Below, piece after piece: positions 14,671 through 28,244 of a stretch of DNA of 64,000 bases. The position numbers and the translations under genes are program-made. The notes under the pieces are model-generated. The model did not search any database, was not told where the DNA came from, and worked only from the letters and a program-made list of their open reading frames with translations. The first letter of the stretch is position 1. Each line of letters begins with the position of its first letter. Origin of the DNA: Prorocentrum cordatum (Eukaryota); the NCBI GenBank assembly GCA_963575745.1, contig CAUYUJ010000189.1, positions 1 through 64,000 on the forward strand, read 5' to 3'.

Positions 14671-14990
14671 GTGTCAGGAAAAGGAGGACGAGCAGGAGGA
14701 GGAAGAGAGGAACGAGGACGAGTTCTTAGACGAGGACGACGAGAGGAGCTGGAGCAGGAGGACGAGGAGGATAAGGAGGAGGACGAGGTGGAGGAGGAGG
14801 AGGACGACGACGATCAGGATGGGGAGGAGGACGGGGAGTAATGCGAGTAGTGCGAGGACGAAGTGTGGGCATCCGAATGCGTGCGGGGCTACGCCCGATT
14901 TATCGTCGCCGTTTGGGCTCGAGGTGGGACCCAAGCGGCGAGTTGTCTTGTGATTGTTGTTGTTGTTATTGCTGCTGTTGTTGTTGTTGC

Positions 14991-15021
<31 letters not shown>

Positions 15022-16189
15022 GTTGTTGTTGTTGTTGTTGGTATTGTCATCTCACTATTGAAGAATAAGTATTATTTATCCCGTCCCTCCGGTGCACATT
15101 GCATTTTTCAATTGAAGTGCCCCTCCCGGCGCTCGCACCCGGTTGTTTTCCAGGGAAAGTCTTCATCCTCAAATTGTGCCCCTGGCCCCCAGTTTACAAC
15201 AACAACAACAGCAACAACGGCTCCCGCTTGATACTTCCTCGAAATTTACTCTGGTCCCCCGCTCCCGCTTGAGACTTCCTCGCAATTTACTCAAGGTTCG
15301 CGCTCTCGCGTGAGACTTCCTCGCAATTTACTCAGGCGCCGCTCTCTTGCCATTCAGGAATCGCGCGTTCGCTGGGGACTTCCTCAAATTTACTTGGGAA
15401 TCGCTCTGTCGCTGGAAACCTCCTGGCTAATCACGCAGAAATCAAAACGAAATATATACCCACCGAATGTGGTATGATCGAAGACGAAGAGGGCGGGTAT
15501 CGAGGGTTCGGGAAATGCACGCTGAATGACACTCGAGCAGATAAGAGCGAGCAGTCATAAAATGATAGTTGTTGTTGTAGTTGTTGTTCTTGTTGTTGTT
15601 GTTGTTGCTGTTGTCGTTGTTGAACTCCCATGTCTGGAAAATAATTACTATTGATCCCCCCCGCCTGGTGCACATGTTCATTTTCTCGATTGAAGTGCCC
15701 CTCCTGGGGCTCGCATTTTTTTTTCTCAGGGAAAGTCTTCAGGCTCTAACTGTGTCGTTGGCCCCCAGTTTACAACAACAATGGCTCCCGCCTGATACTT
15801 CCTGCCAATTTATTGAAGAATCGCACTCTCGCTTGGGACGTCTGACAATTTTACCACCGAATCGCGGCTCTCGCTGGATGCTTCTTGATTATTTATTGCA
15901 GAATCGCGTTCTCGCTTGTGACTTTCTCGCAACTTACCGCCGAACCGCTTCGCCTGATATTTCTTCACAATTAATTCAGATGCCGGTCCTCGTCGCTTAG
16001 GAATCGCGCTCCCGCTACATATCGCCTGGCAGTTCAAGCAGGACTCACGCTTCAACGACCCGACCGCTCGACCCGCCCGTCGGGGCCTGCCGGCCCGACC
16101 AGCCCGTTAATGACTGCAGTCGCCGCTCGCTGCCCTTCGCCTGCTTTCGATGCCCCTCGCTGCCCGTACTGGTTCCGCGTTCGCCTTCG

Positions 16190-16595
16190 CTCGCTGCCAT
16201 TCGTGGCCCCTTTGCTGCCGTCAGTGGCTCCGTCGCTGCCCTCTGTGGTCCCGCATTCTATGCCCATGGCCCCCGCTCGCACGCGCCCGTCGTGGCCCCA
16301 TATGCATGCCTTTCGTGGCCCCGCTGTCGCCCTTTGTGGACCCCTCGCTGCCCTTCGTGGCTCCTATTCTGCCCTCAGTGGCCCCGCTGTCGCCTTTTGT
16401 GGCCCCGTATACGAATGCCCTTCGTGGCCCCCGCTCGCTCGCGCCCGTCGTGGCCCCATATGCATGCCTTTCGTGGCCCCGCTGTCGCCCTTTGTGGACC
16501 CCTCGCTGCCCTTCGTGGCCCCGGTGCTGCCCTCAGCGGTCCCGTCGCTGCCCTGTGTGGCCTCGGATTTTAGACCCTTCGTGGCCCACGCTGGC
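16190..16595. repeat. GTGGCCCC-rich short-unit minisatellite with a ~160-bp higher-order duplication
   Basis: CGTGGCCCCATATGCATGCCTTTCGTGGCCCCGCTGTCGCCC at ~16291 and ~16449. Confidence 0.8.
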
Positions 16596-16861
16596 TTTTC
16601 TCAGGATTTACTTAAGAATCGTGCTATCGCTCGAGACTTCCTCGCGATTCATGCAGGACCCGCGCTTCAGCAACCCGCCTGCTCGATCTCGTCGCCTGGG
16701 CCCGCCTTCCCGACCTGCCGCTATGGGTCTGCCCACCCGATCTGCCCGTTTGGTTCTACCGCTTGTTCTAATTTCTCTCGTGCTCCATTATTCACCCTCC
16801 CCCTTCCACCCGTCCTCTCTTCCCTTCTTTTAGGGGCTGCATAAAATACATGTGGCAGGTA

Positions 16862-19800
16862 TACTCGGTCGCCTTGAGATAGCACAGGCCAAAACCGACT
16901 TGTGCTATTGCAGTCGCTCGCGTTTGACGTATAGTAAATCTTCGAACGCCGAGTTTTTTCGCATCTTCCGAACCCCAAGTCATGATGTCTCGGCTACTTT
17001 TGCAATTTTGTGCTCCGGGGACATCGAGAACGGCCCCTGTCCAAGTTTCTGCGTGCTATCTCGCCCCCTGTGTCGTGCTATGTGCGCGCTGTGCTATCCT
17101 CGCCCCTCCCCCCCATGATCCTCCCTGTCGCACCCTGAGGCCAGTTTTTAGGGTGGGTCGGGCGTATCGCCTGAGACTTCCCCACCACCTATGACTTTGA
17201 AGCTTAAAAAGGATCCCTGCGCTCCAGGAGGACCCCGCGACAGATGGCGAGATGGGGTCGGTGGCTGGGATGTAGGGCGGGTCCGTTCTCTTCTCTTCTC
17301 TTCTCTTCTCTTCTCCTCCTCCTCCTCCTCCTCCTCCTCCTCCTCCTCACCCTCCTCCGCCTTCTCCCCCCCCGCCTCGCTCTCTCCCTCGCCCCCTCCC
17401 CCCCATCCCCCCGCCCCCCCGCACGCGTAGCATAGCACGCGGCTAGCATAGCACAACTCAGGAGAGCCCCCCTCTCTCGCCGCCAGGGCGGCGCTTTTTG
17501 GGGCGAGGTTTCTCCGATACATCCCCCTTCTCTCTTTGTTCCCTCTCTTTATCTCCCCCCATCCCCTCGGCCGGCGGGGTCGAGAGGATCCGCGCGAAAT
17601 GCGCGCGAGGCTGAGGCAGGCCGAGGCTGAGGCTGAGGCAGGCTGAGGCTGAGGCTGAGGCAGGCTGAGGCTGAGGCAGGCTGAGGCTGAGGCCGAGGCT
17701 GAAGGCAGACTGAGGCTGAGGCTGAAGCAGGCTGAGGCTGAGGCTGGCAGGCTGAGGCTCGCTCTCTCCGCACGCGGCTCGCATAGCACAACTCAGGAGA
17801 GCCCCCCTCTCTCGCCGCCAGGGCGGCGCTTTTTGGGGCGAGGTTTCTCCGATACATCCCCCTTCTCTCTTTGTTCCCTCTCTTTATCTCCCCCCATCCC
17901 CTCGGCCGGCGGGGTCGAGAGGATCCGCGCGAAATGCGCGGCCGAGGCTGAGGCTGAGGCTGAGGCTGAGGCTGAGGCTGAGGCTGAGGCAGGCTGAGGC
18001 TGAGGCAGGCTGAGGCTGAGGCCGAGGCTGAAGGCAGACTGAGGCTGAGGCTGAAGCAGGCTGAGGCTGAGGCTGAGGCAGGCTGAGGCTCGCTCTCTCC
18101 GCACGCGGCTCGCATAGCACAACTCAGGAGAGCCCCCCTCTCTCGCCGCCAGGGCGGCGCTTTTTGGGGCGAGGTTTCTCCGATACATCCCCCTTCTCTC
18201 TTTGTTCCCTCTCTTTATCTCCCCCCATCCCCTCGGCCGGCGGGGTCGAGAGGATCCGCGCGAAATGCGCGCGAGGCTGAGGCAGGCCGAGGCTGAGGCT
18301 GAGGCAGGCTGAGGCTGAGGCTGAGGCAGGCTGAGGCTGAGGCCGAGGCTGAAGGCAGACTGAGGCTGAGGCTGAAGCAGGCTGAGGCTGAGGCTGAGGC
18401 AGGCTGAGGCTCGCTCTCTCCGCACGCGGCTCGCATAGCACAACTCAGGAGAGCCCCCCTCTCTCGCCGCCAGGGCGGCGCTTTTTGGGGCGAGGTTTCT
18501 CCGATACATCCCCCTTCTCTCTTTGTTCCCTCTCTTTATCTCCCCCCATCCCCTCGGCCGGCGGGGTCGAGGGATCCGCGCGAAATGCGCGCGAGGCTGA
18601 GGCAGGCCGAGGCTGAGGCTGAGGCAGGCTGAGGCTGAGGCTGAGGCAGGCTGAGGCTGAGGCAGGCTGAGGCTGAGGCCGAGGCTGAGGCAGACTGAGG
18701 CTGAGGCTGAAGCAGGCTGAGGCTGAGGCTGAGGCAGGCTGAGGCTCGCTCTCTCCGCACGCGGCTCGCATAGCACAACTCAGGAGAGCCCCCCTCTCTC
18801 GCCGCCAGGGCGGCGCTTTTTGGGGCGAGGTTTCTCCGATACATCCCCCTTCTCTCTTTGTTCCCTCTCTTTATCTCCCCCCATCCCCTCGGCCGGCGGG
18901 GTCGAGAGGATCCGCGCGAAATGCGCGCGAGGCTGAGGCAGGCCGAGGCTGAGGCTGAGGCAGGCTGAGGCTGAGGCTGAGGAGGCTGAGGCTGAGGCAG
19001 GCTGAGGCTGAGGCCGAGGCTGAAGGCAGACTGAGGCTGAGGCTGAAGCAGGCTGAGGCTGAGGCTGAGGCAGGCTGAGGCTCGCTCTCTCCGCACGCGG
19101 CTCGCATAGCACAACTCAGGAGAGCCCCCGTCTCTCGCCGCCAGGGCGGCGCTTTTTGGGGCGAGGTTTCTCCGATACATCCCCCTTCTCTCTTTGTTCC
19201 CTCTCTTTATCTCCCCCCATCCCCTCGGCCGGCGGGGTCGAGAGGATCCGCGCGAAATGCGCGCGAGGCTGAGGCAGGCCGAGGCTGAGGCTGAGGCAGG
19301 CTGAGGCTGAGGCTGAGGGAGGCTGAGGCTGAGGCAGGCTGAGGCTGAGGCCGAGGCTGGAGGCAGACTGAGGCTGAGGCTGAAGCAGGCTGGGGCTGAG
19401 GCTGAGGCAGGCTGAGGCTCGCTCTCTCCGCACGCGGCTCGCATAGCACAACTCAGCAGAGCCCCCGTCTCTCGCCGCCAGGGCGGCGCTTTTGGGGGCG
19501 AGGTTTCTCCGATACATCCCCCTTCTCTCTTTGTTCCCTCTCTTTATCTCCCCCCATCCCCTCGGCCGGCGGGGTCGAGAGGATCCGCGCGAAATGCGCG
19601 CGAGGAGGCAGGCCGAGGCTGAGGCTGAGGCAGGCTGAGGCTGAGGCTGAGGCTGGCAGGCTGAGGCTGAGGCAGGCTGAGGCTGAGGCTGAGGCCGAGG
19701 CTGAAGGCAGACTGAGGCTGGGGCTGAATCAGGCTGAGGCTGAGGCTGAGGCAGGCTGAGGCTCGCTCTCTCCGCACGCGGCTCGCATAGCACAACTCAG

Positions 19801-22800
19801 GAGAGCCGCCCTCTCTCGCCGCCAGGGCGGCGCTTTTGGGGGCGAGGTTTCTCCGATACGTCCCCCTTCTCTCTTTGTTCCCTCTCTTTATCTCCCCCCA
19901 TCCCCTCGGCCGGCGGGGTCGAGAGGATCCGCGCGAAGGCTGAGGCAGGCCGAGGCTGAGGCTGAGGCAGGCTGAGGCTGAGGTTGAGGCAGGCTGAGGC
20001 TGAGGCAGGCTGAGGCTGAGGCCGAGGCTGAATGCAGACTGAGGCTGAGGCTGAAGCAGGCTGGGGCTGAGGCTGAGGCAGGCTGAGGCTCGCTCTCTCC
20101 GCACGCGGCTCGCATAGCACAACTCAGGAGAGCCCCCGTCTCTCGCCGCCAGTGCGGCGCTTTTTGGGGCGAGGTTTCTCCGATGCATCCCCCTTCTCTC
20201 TTGGTTCCCTCTCTTTATCTCCCCCCGTCCCCTCGGCCGGCGGGGTCGAGAGGATCCGCGCGAAATGCGCGCGAGGCTGAGGCAGGCCGGGGCTGAGGCT
20301 GAGGCAGGCTGAGGCTGAGGCAGGCTGAGGCTGAGGCAGGCTGAGGCTGAGGCCGAGGCTGCGACTGCAGACTGCGGTGAGGCTGAAGCAGGCTGAGGCT
20401 GAGGCTGAGGCAGGCTGAGGCTCGCTCTCTCCGCACGCGGCTCGCATGGCACAACTCAGGAGAGCCCCCCTCCTCTCGCCGCCAGGGCGGCGCTTTTTGG
20501 GGCCAGGTTTCTCCGATACATCCCCCTTCTCTCTTTGTTCCCTCTCTTTATCTCCCCCCATCCCCTCGGCCGGCGGGGTCGAGAGGATCCGCGCGAAATG
20601 CGCGCGAGGCTGCCGAGGCTGACGCTGAGGCAGGCTGAGGCTGAGGCTGAGGCAGGCTGAGGCTGAGGCAGGCTGAGGCTGAGGCAGGCTGGGGCTGAGG
20701 CCGAGGCTGAAGGCAGACTGAGGCTGAGGCTGAAGCAGGCTGAGGCTGAGGCTGAGGCAAGTTGAGGCTCGCTCTCTCCGCACGCGGCTCGCATAGCACA
20801 ACTCAGGAGAGCCCCCCTCTCTCGCCGCCAGGGCGGCGCTTTTTGGGGCGAGGTTTCTCCGATACATCCCCCTTCTCTCTTTGCTCCCTCTCTTTATCTC
20901 CCCCCATCCCTTCGGCCGGCGGGGTCGAGAGGATCCGCGCGAAATGCGCGGAGGATCCGCGCGAAATGCGCGCGAGGCTGAGGCAGGCCGAGGCTGGGGC
21001 TGAGGCAGGCTGAGGCTGAGGCTGAGGCAGGCTGAGGCTGAGGCCGAGGCTGAAGGCAGACTGAGGCTGAGGCTGAAGCAGGCTGAGGCTGAGGCTGAGG
21101 CAGGCTGAGGCTCGCTCTCTCCGCACGCGGCTCGCATGGCACAACTCAGGAGAGCCCCCCTCCTCTCGCCGCCAGGGCGGCGCTTTTTGGGGCCAGGTTT
21201 CTCCGATACATCCCCCTTCTCTCTTTGTTCCCTCTCTTTATCTCCCCCCATCCCCTCGGCCGGCGGGGTCGAGAGGATCCGCGCGAAATGCGCGCGAGGC
21301 TGCCGAGGCTGACGCTGAGGCAGGCTGAGGCTGAGGCTGAGGCAGGCTGAGGCTGAGGCAGGCTGAAGCTGAGGCCGAGGCTGAAGGCAGACTGAGGCTG
21401 AGGCTGAAGCAGGCTGGGGCTGAGGCTGAGTCAGGCTGAGGCTCGCTCTCTCCGCGCGCGGCTCGCATAGCACAACTCAGGAGAGCCCCCCCTCTCTCGC
21501 CGCCAGGGCGGCGCTTTTTTGGGGCGAGGCTTCCCCGGTACATCCCCCTTCTCTCTTGGTTCCCTCTCTTTATCTCCCCCCATCCCCTCGGCCGGCGGGG
21601 TCGAGAGGACCCGCGCGAAATGCGCGCGAGGCTGAGGCAGGCCGAGGCTCGAGGCGAGGCAGGATGAGGCTGAGGCTGAGGGCCGAGGCTGAAGGCAGAC
21701 TGAGGCTGAGGCTGAAGCAGGCTGTGGCTGAGGCTGAGGCAGGCTGAGGCTCGCTCTCTCCGCACGCGGCTCGCATAGCACAACTCAGGAGAGCCCCCCT
21801 CTCTCGCCTCCAGGGCGGCGCTTTTGGGGGCGAGGTTTCTCCGATACATCCCCCTTCTCTCTTTGTTCCCTCTCTTTATCTCCCTCCATCCCCTCGGCCG
21901 GCGGGGTCGACAGGATCCGCGCGAAATGCGCGCGAGGCTGAGGCAGGCCGAGGCTGAGGCTGAGGCAGGCTGAGGCTGAGGCTGAGGCAGGCTGAGGCTG
22001 AGGCAGGCTGAGGCTGAGGCAGGCTGAGGCTGAGGCCGAGGCTGAAGGCAGACAGAGGCTGAGGCTGAAGCAGGCTGAGGCTGAGGCTGAGGCAGGCTGA
22101 GGATCGCTCTCTCGCACGCGGCTCGCATAGCACAACTCAGGGGAGCTCCCCTCTCTCGCCGCCAGGGCGGCGCTTTTGGGGGCGAGGTTTCTCCGATGCA
22201 TCCCCCTTCTCTCTTTGGTCCCTCTCTTTATCTCCCCCCATCCCCTCGGCCGGCGGGGTCGAGAGGATCCGCGCGAAATGCGCGCGAGGCTGAGGCAGGC
22301 CGAGGCTGAGGCTGAGGCAGGCTGAGGCAGGCTGAGGCTGAGGCTGAGGCAGGCTGAGGCTGAGGCTGAGGCTGAGGCCGAGGCTGAAGGCAGACTGAGG
22401 CTGAGGCTAAAGCAGGCTGAGGCTGAGGCTGAGGCAGGCTGAGGCTCGCTCTCCCCGCGCGCGGCCTCGCATAGCACAACTCACGAGAGCCCCCCTCTCT
22501 TTTCGCCGCCAGGGCAGACTTTTTGGCGAGGTTTTCTCCGGACCAGGGCCAAACTCTCTTTGTTCCCTCTCTTTATCTCCCCCGTCCCCTCGGCCGGCGG
22601 GTCGAGAGGACCGGCGCGAAATGCGCGCGAGGGCTGAGCAGCGAAGTGAGCTGAGGCAGGCTGAGGCTGAGGCCGAGGCTGAAGGCAGACTGAGGCTGAG
22701 GCTGAATCAGGCTGAGGCTGAGGCTGAGGCAGGCTGAGGCTGAGGCAGGCTGAGGGCTGAGTCTAGCTGAAGGCAGACTGAGGCTGGGGGCGAATCAGGC

Positions 22801-25800
22801 TGAGGCTGAGGCTGATGCAGGCTGAGGTCGCTCTCTCGCACGCGGCTCGGCATAGCACAAACTCAGGGAGAGCCCCCCTCTCTCGCCGCCAGGGCGGCGC
22901 TTTTGGGGGCGAGGTTTCTCCGATACATCCCCCTTCTCTCTTTGTTCCCTCTCTTTATCTCACCCCATCCCCTCGGCCGGCGGGGTCGAGAGGATCCGCG
23001 CGAAATGCGCGCGAGGCTGAGGCAGGCCGAGGCTGAGGCTGAGGCAGGCTGAGGCTGAGGCTGAGGCAGGCTGAGGCTGAGGCAGGCTGAGGCTGAGGCC
23101 GAGGCTGAAGGCAGACTGAGGCTGAGGCTGAAGCAGGCTGGGGCTGAGGCTGAGGCAGGCTGAGGCTCGCTCTCTCCGCACGCGGCTCGCATGGCACAAC
23201 TCAGGAGAGCCCCCGTCTCTCGCCGCCAGGGCGGCGCTTTTGGGGGCGAGGTTTCTCCGATACATCCCCCTTCTCTCTTGGTTCCCTCTCTTTATCTCCC
23301 CCCATCCCCTCGGCCGGCGGGGTCGAGAGGATCCGCGCGAAATGCGCGCGAGGCTGAGGCAGGCTGAGGCTGAGGGCAGGGCGAGGCTGAGGCCGTGCTG
23401 AATGCAGACTGAGGCTGAGGCTGAAGCAGGCTGAGGATGAGGCTGAGGCAGACGAAGGCTCGATCTCTCCGCACGCGGGCTCGCATTCGCAAAACTCAGG
23501 AGAGCCCACTCTCTCGCCGCCAGGGCGGCGCTTTTTCTTTATCTCCCCCCATCCCCTCGGCCGGCGGGGTAGAGAGGATCCGCGCGAAATGCGCGCGAGG
23601 CTGAGGCGGGCCGAGGCTGGGGCTGAGGCAGGCTGAGGCTGAGGCTGAGGCAGGCTGAGGCTGAGGCAGGCTGAGGCTGAGGCCGAGGCTGAAGGCAGAC
23701 TGAGGCTGAGGCTGAAGCAGGCTGAGGCTGGGGCTGAGGCAGGCTGAGGCTCGCTCTCTCCGCACGCGGCTCGCATAGCACAACTCAGGAGAGCCCCCCT
23801 CTCTCGCCGCCAGGGCCCCCTTCTCTCTTTGTTTCCTCTCTTTATCTCCCCCCACCCCCTCGGCCGGCGGGGTCGAGGGGATCCGCGCGAAATGCGCGCG
23901 AGGCTGAGGCAGGCCGAGGCTGAGGCTGAGGGCAGGCTGAGGCTGAGGCTGAGGCAGGCTGAGGCTGAGGCAGGCTGAGGCTGAGGCCGAGGCTGAAGCA
24001 GGCTGAGGCTGAGGCTGAAGCAGGCTGAGGCTGAGGCTGAGGCAGGCTGAGGCTAGCTCTCTCCGCACGCGGCTCGCATAGCACAACTCAGGAGAGCCCC
24101 CCTCTCTCGCCGCCAGGGCGGGCTCTCTCTTTTTGGGGCGAGGTTTCTCCGATACATCCCCCTTCTCTCTTTGTTCCCTCTCTTTATCTCCCCCCACCCC
24201 CTCGGCCGGCGGGGTCGAGAGGATCCGCGCAAAATGCGCGCGAGGCTGAGGCCGAGGCTGAAGGCGGACTGAGGCTGAGGCTGAAGCAGGCTGAGGCTGA
24301 GGCTGAGGCAGGCTGAGGCTCGCTCTCTCCGCGCGCGGCTCGCATAGCACAACTCAGGAGAGCCCCCCTCTCTCGCCGCCAGGGTGGCGTTTTTTTTGGG
24401 GCGAGGTTTCCCCGATACATCCCCCTTCTCTCTTTGTTCCCTCTCTTTATCTCCCCCCATCCCCTCGGCCGGCGGGGTCGAGAGGACCCGCGCGGCTGAG
24501 GCAGGCCGAGGCTGAGGCTGAGGCAGGCTGAGGCTGAGGCTGAGGCAGGCTGAGGCTGAGGCAGGCTGAGGCTGAGGGCGAGGCTGAAGGCAGACTGAGG
24601 CTGAGGCTGAAGCAGGCTGAGGCTGAGGCTGAGGCAGGCAGAGGCTAGCTCTCTCCGCACGCGGCTCGCATAGCACAACTCAGGAGAGCCCCCCTCTCTC
24701 GCCGCCAGGGCGGCGCTTTGGGGGGCGAGGTATCTCCGATACATCCCCCTTCTCTCTTTGTTCCCTCTCTTTATCTCCCCCCATCCCCTCGGCCGGCGGG
24801 GTCGAGAGGATCCGCGCGAAATGCGCGCGAGGCTGAGGCAGGCCGAGGCTGAGGCTGAGGCAGGCTGAGGCTGAGGCTGAGGCAGGCTGAGGCTGAGGCA
24901 GGCTGAGGCTGAGGCCGAGGCTGAAGGCAGACTGAGGCTGAGGCTGAAGCAGGCTGAGGCTGAGGCTGAGGCAGGCTGAGGCTCGCTCTCTCCGCGCGCG
25001 GCTCGCATGGCACAACTCAGGAGAGCCCCCCTCTCTCGCCGCCAGGGCGGCGCTTTTGGGGGCGAGGTTTCTCCGATACATCCCCCTTATATCTTTGTTC
25101 CCTCTCTTTATCTCCCCCCATCCCCTCGGCCAGCGGGGTCGAGAGGATCCGCGCGAAATGCGCGCGAGGCTGAGGCAGGCCGAGGCTGAGGCTGAGGCAG
25201 GCTGAGGCTGGGGCTGAGGCAGGCTGAGGCTGAGGCCGAGGCTGAAGGCAAACTGAGGCTGAGACTGAAGCAGGCTGAGGCTGAGGCTGAGGCAGGCTGA
25301 GGCTCGCTCTCTCCGCGCGCGGCTCGCATAGCACAGCTCAGGAGAGCCCCCCTCTCTTGCCGCCAGGGCGGCGCTTTTTGGGGCGAGGTTTCTCCGATAC
25401 ATCCCCCTTCTCTCTTTGTTCCCTCTCCTTTATCTCCCCCCATCCCCTCGGCCGGCGGGGTCGAGAGGATCCGCGCGAAATGCGCGCGAGGCTGAGGCAG
25501 GCCGAGGCTGAGGCTGAGGCAGGCTGAGGCTGAGGCAGGCTGAGGCTGAGGCAGGCTGAGGCTGAGGCCGAGGCTGAAGGCAGACTGAGGCTGAGGCTGA
25601 AGCAGGCTGAGGCTGAGGCTGAGGCAGGCTGAGGCTCGCTCTCTCCCTCGCCCCCTCCCCCCTCCCCCCTCCCCCCCGCACGCGTAGCATAGCACGCGGC
25701 TCGCATAGCACAACTCAGGAGAGCCCCCCTCTCTCGCCGCCAGGGCGGCGCTTTTGGGGGCGAGGTTTCTCCGATACATCCCCCTTCTCTCTTTGCTCCC

Positions 25801-27051
25801 TCTCTTTATCTCCCCCCATCCCTCGGCCGGCGGGGTCGAGAGGATCCGCGCGAAATGCGCGCGAGGCTGAGGCGGGCCGAGGCTGAGGCTGAGGCAGGCT
25901 GAGGCTGAGGCAGGCTGAGGCTGAGGCAGGCTGAGGCTGAAGGCAGACTGAGGCTGAGGCTGAAGCAGGCTGAGGCTGAGGCTGAAGCAGGCTGAGGCTC
26001 GCTCTCTCCCTCGCCCCCCCCTCCCCCCCGCGCGCGTAGCATATCACGCGGCTCGCATAGCACAACTCAGGAGAGCCCCCTCTCTCGCCGCCAGGGCGGC
26101 GCTTTTGGGGGCGAGGTTTCTCCGATACATCCCCCTTCTCTCTTTGTTCCCTCCCTCCATCCCCTCGGCCGGCGGGGTCGAGAGGATCCGCGCGAAATGC
26201 GCGCGAGGCTGAGGCAGGCCGAGGCTGAGGCTGAGGCAGGCTGAGGCTGAGGCTGAGGCAGGCTGAGGCTGAGGCAGGCTGAGGCTGAGGCCGAGGCTGA
26301 AGGCAGACTGAGGCTGAGGCTGAAGCAGGCTGAGGCTGAGGCTGAGGCAGGCTGAGGCTCGCTCTCTCCGCACGCGGCTCGCATAGCACAACTCAGGAGA
26401 GCCCCCCTCTCTCGCCGCCAGGGCGGCGCTTTTGGGGGCGAGGCTTCTCCGATACATCCCCCTTCTCTCATTGTTCCCTCTCTTTATCTCCCCCATCCCC
26501 TCGGCCGGCGGGGTCGAGAGGATCCGCGCGAAATGCGCGCGAGGCTGAGGCAGGCCGAGGCTGAGGCTGAGGCAGGCTGAGGCTGAGGCTGAGGCAGGCT
26601 GAGGCTGAGGCAGGCTGAGGCTGAGGCCGAGGCTGAAGGCAGACTGAGGCTGAGGCTGAAGCAGGCTGAGGCTGAGGCTGAGGCAGGCTGAGGCTCGCTC
26701 TCTCCCTCGCCCCCTCCCCCCCCTCCCCCCTCCCCCCCGCGCGCGTAGCATATCACGCGGCTCGCATAGCACAACTCAGGAGAGCCCCCCTCTCTCGCCG
26801 CCAGGGCGGCGCTTTTTGGGGCGAGGTTTCTCCGATACATCCCCCTTCTCTCTTTGTTCCCTCGCTCTATCTCCCCCCATCCCCTCGGCCGGCGGGGTCG
26901 AGAGGATCCGCGCGAAACGCGCCCGACATAGCACAAGTCGGGCTCGGAAAACAACGTTCTCGATCCAAAAGATGGAAATTATTTTTCATATGCCAAACTC
27001 GTTTTCACGATTTGTGCTATGTCATTGGTGCCATGCTTGAGCGACCGAGTA
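16862..27051. mobile_element. 10.2-kb non-autonomous TIR DNA transposon (TA TSD, Tc1/mariner-like) carrying a satellite array
   Basis: TA|TACTCGGTCGC at 16860-16872 and GCGACCGAGTA|TA at 27041-27053; inner inverted pair CCGACTTGTGCTAT (16895-16908) / ATAGCACAAGTCGG (26928-26941); joined flanks GTGGCAGG-TA-AGGAAGA match the paralogous empty site GTGGCACG-TA-AAGAAGA at ~11575-11591. Confidence 0.85.
17430..26925. repeat. Satellite array, ~29 units of ~335 bp with internal variable (GAGGCT)n hexamer tracts
   Basis: Marker GCACAACTCAGGAGAGCC, allowing variants, counted 29 times between ~17451 and ~26770. Confidence 0.97.
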
Positions 27052-27185
27052 TAAGGAAGATATACCCCCAAGGGGGTACGATCGAAGACGACGAGGACGG
27101 GTACCGAGGGCTTGGGGTATACGTATTGATTAGCACGTGAGCAGATCGGATCGAACAGTCTGAAAATTATTGTTGTTGTTGTTGT

Positions 27186-28070
27186 TGAACATTATTAATT
27201 CTAAAGAATAATTATTGTTTGGCCCCCTGGTGCACGCCCCCCCCCCCCGCGCCTAGGCCGCAGCCACATTTTCATCACTTTCGAGAGGAAGCCTCAGGTA
27301 AAACGATGTGATCCAGATCCGGTTGTTTTGTTGTAATCCGTTTTCCCATGCAAAAAACACTATAAAATGACATTTTTTGTTCTAATATAATCAAATTTCA
27401 AGAATCCCTTGCAAAAAATAAGGTAAAGTGGACATTCGCGCGCGCAAGACGAAATCCTTCCAAAAGCTTAGTGTTCGCAGCGATTTTAACATAAAAACAT
27501 CAAAAAACCAATGGTTTTTCAACAAAAAATGTCAAAATCTCATCCCGCGCGCTCTTGCGGATTCGTAGGAAACCCAACACTTTTTAAACATTTCTGTCAA
27601 ACGGGCTTTTGCGAGCAACTTTTTCGAACTTCTGCGACAACGGTTGCGCACCTGCCAGGGCCATCATCCCTGTCAAATAATACCATGCGGGACACATTCG
27701 TTTTTTCTTCGCGCGCGCACGCCGAAATCTCCAAAAACCATTGGGCTTCTTAAGAATTTTAGCACCGCGCATCATAAAATCACACGAATCGCACCGTAGG
27801 TCCTCGAAAAACACCTGCACGACTTTTCAAAATTTCTACCCGCGCGCGCTGTCCTAACAACTTCTGTGGGTGTGTACTCCACGCCAGTGTAGTAGCCACG
27901 GTCGTCCGCAGGCCACGAAGTGAAGTGTCCGAACGTCATAGGGCGGGAAGCTGGGTGTGGGTGGTGGCGAAGAGTCGTGTGGATATTTGGTAGAGCTTGC
28001 ACTGCCCCCCCACAAAGTGGGGGTATTGGCTGGCGTCGCATGAAAACCCTGGCACTGGTGAGAACACTGA
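27186..28070 (+). repeat. ~750-900-bp interspersed repeat module, copy 2
   Basis: Direct homolog of 12865-13610. Confidence 0.9.
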
Positions 28071-28244
28071 GCGTTCGGGTAAAGTGATTGTTGTTGTTGT
28101 TGCGGTTGAGTACTCATTTTTAAAACATAGTTCTTGTTGCTCTCCAGAAGCGGTTCCGCGCGCTGTCGCCTCGACGCCGGCTACATTTTCTCTGAAAGCG
28201 AGGCTCTCGCTCGAGCGTTGGCTTGAGCCTATATAAGGGTCTTT

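Noticed and set aside
17148..26954. PQ/SA/LS-repeat ORFs on the minus strand
   Set aside because: Products of the (GAGGCT)n satellite; indels shift frames freely between monomers
12865..28070. The ~750-bp direct repeats as LTRs of one element
   Set aside because: No TG..CA ends, primer-binding site, TSD or gag/pol; the repeats are modules of a dispersed family
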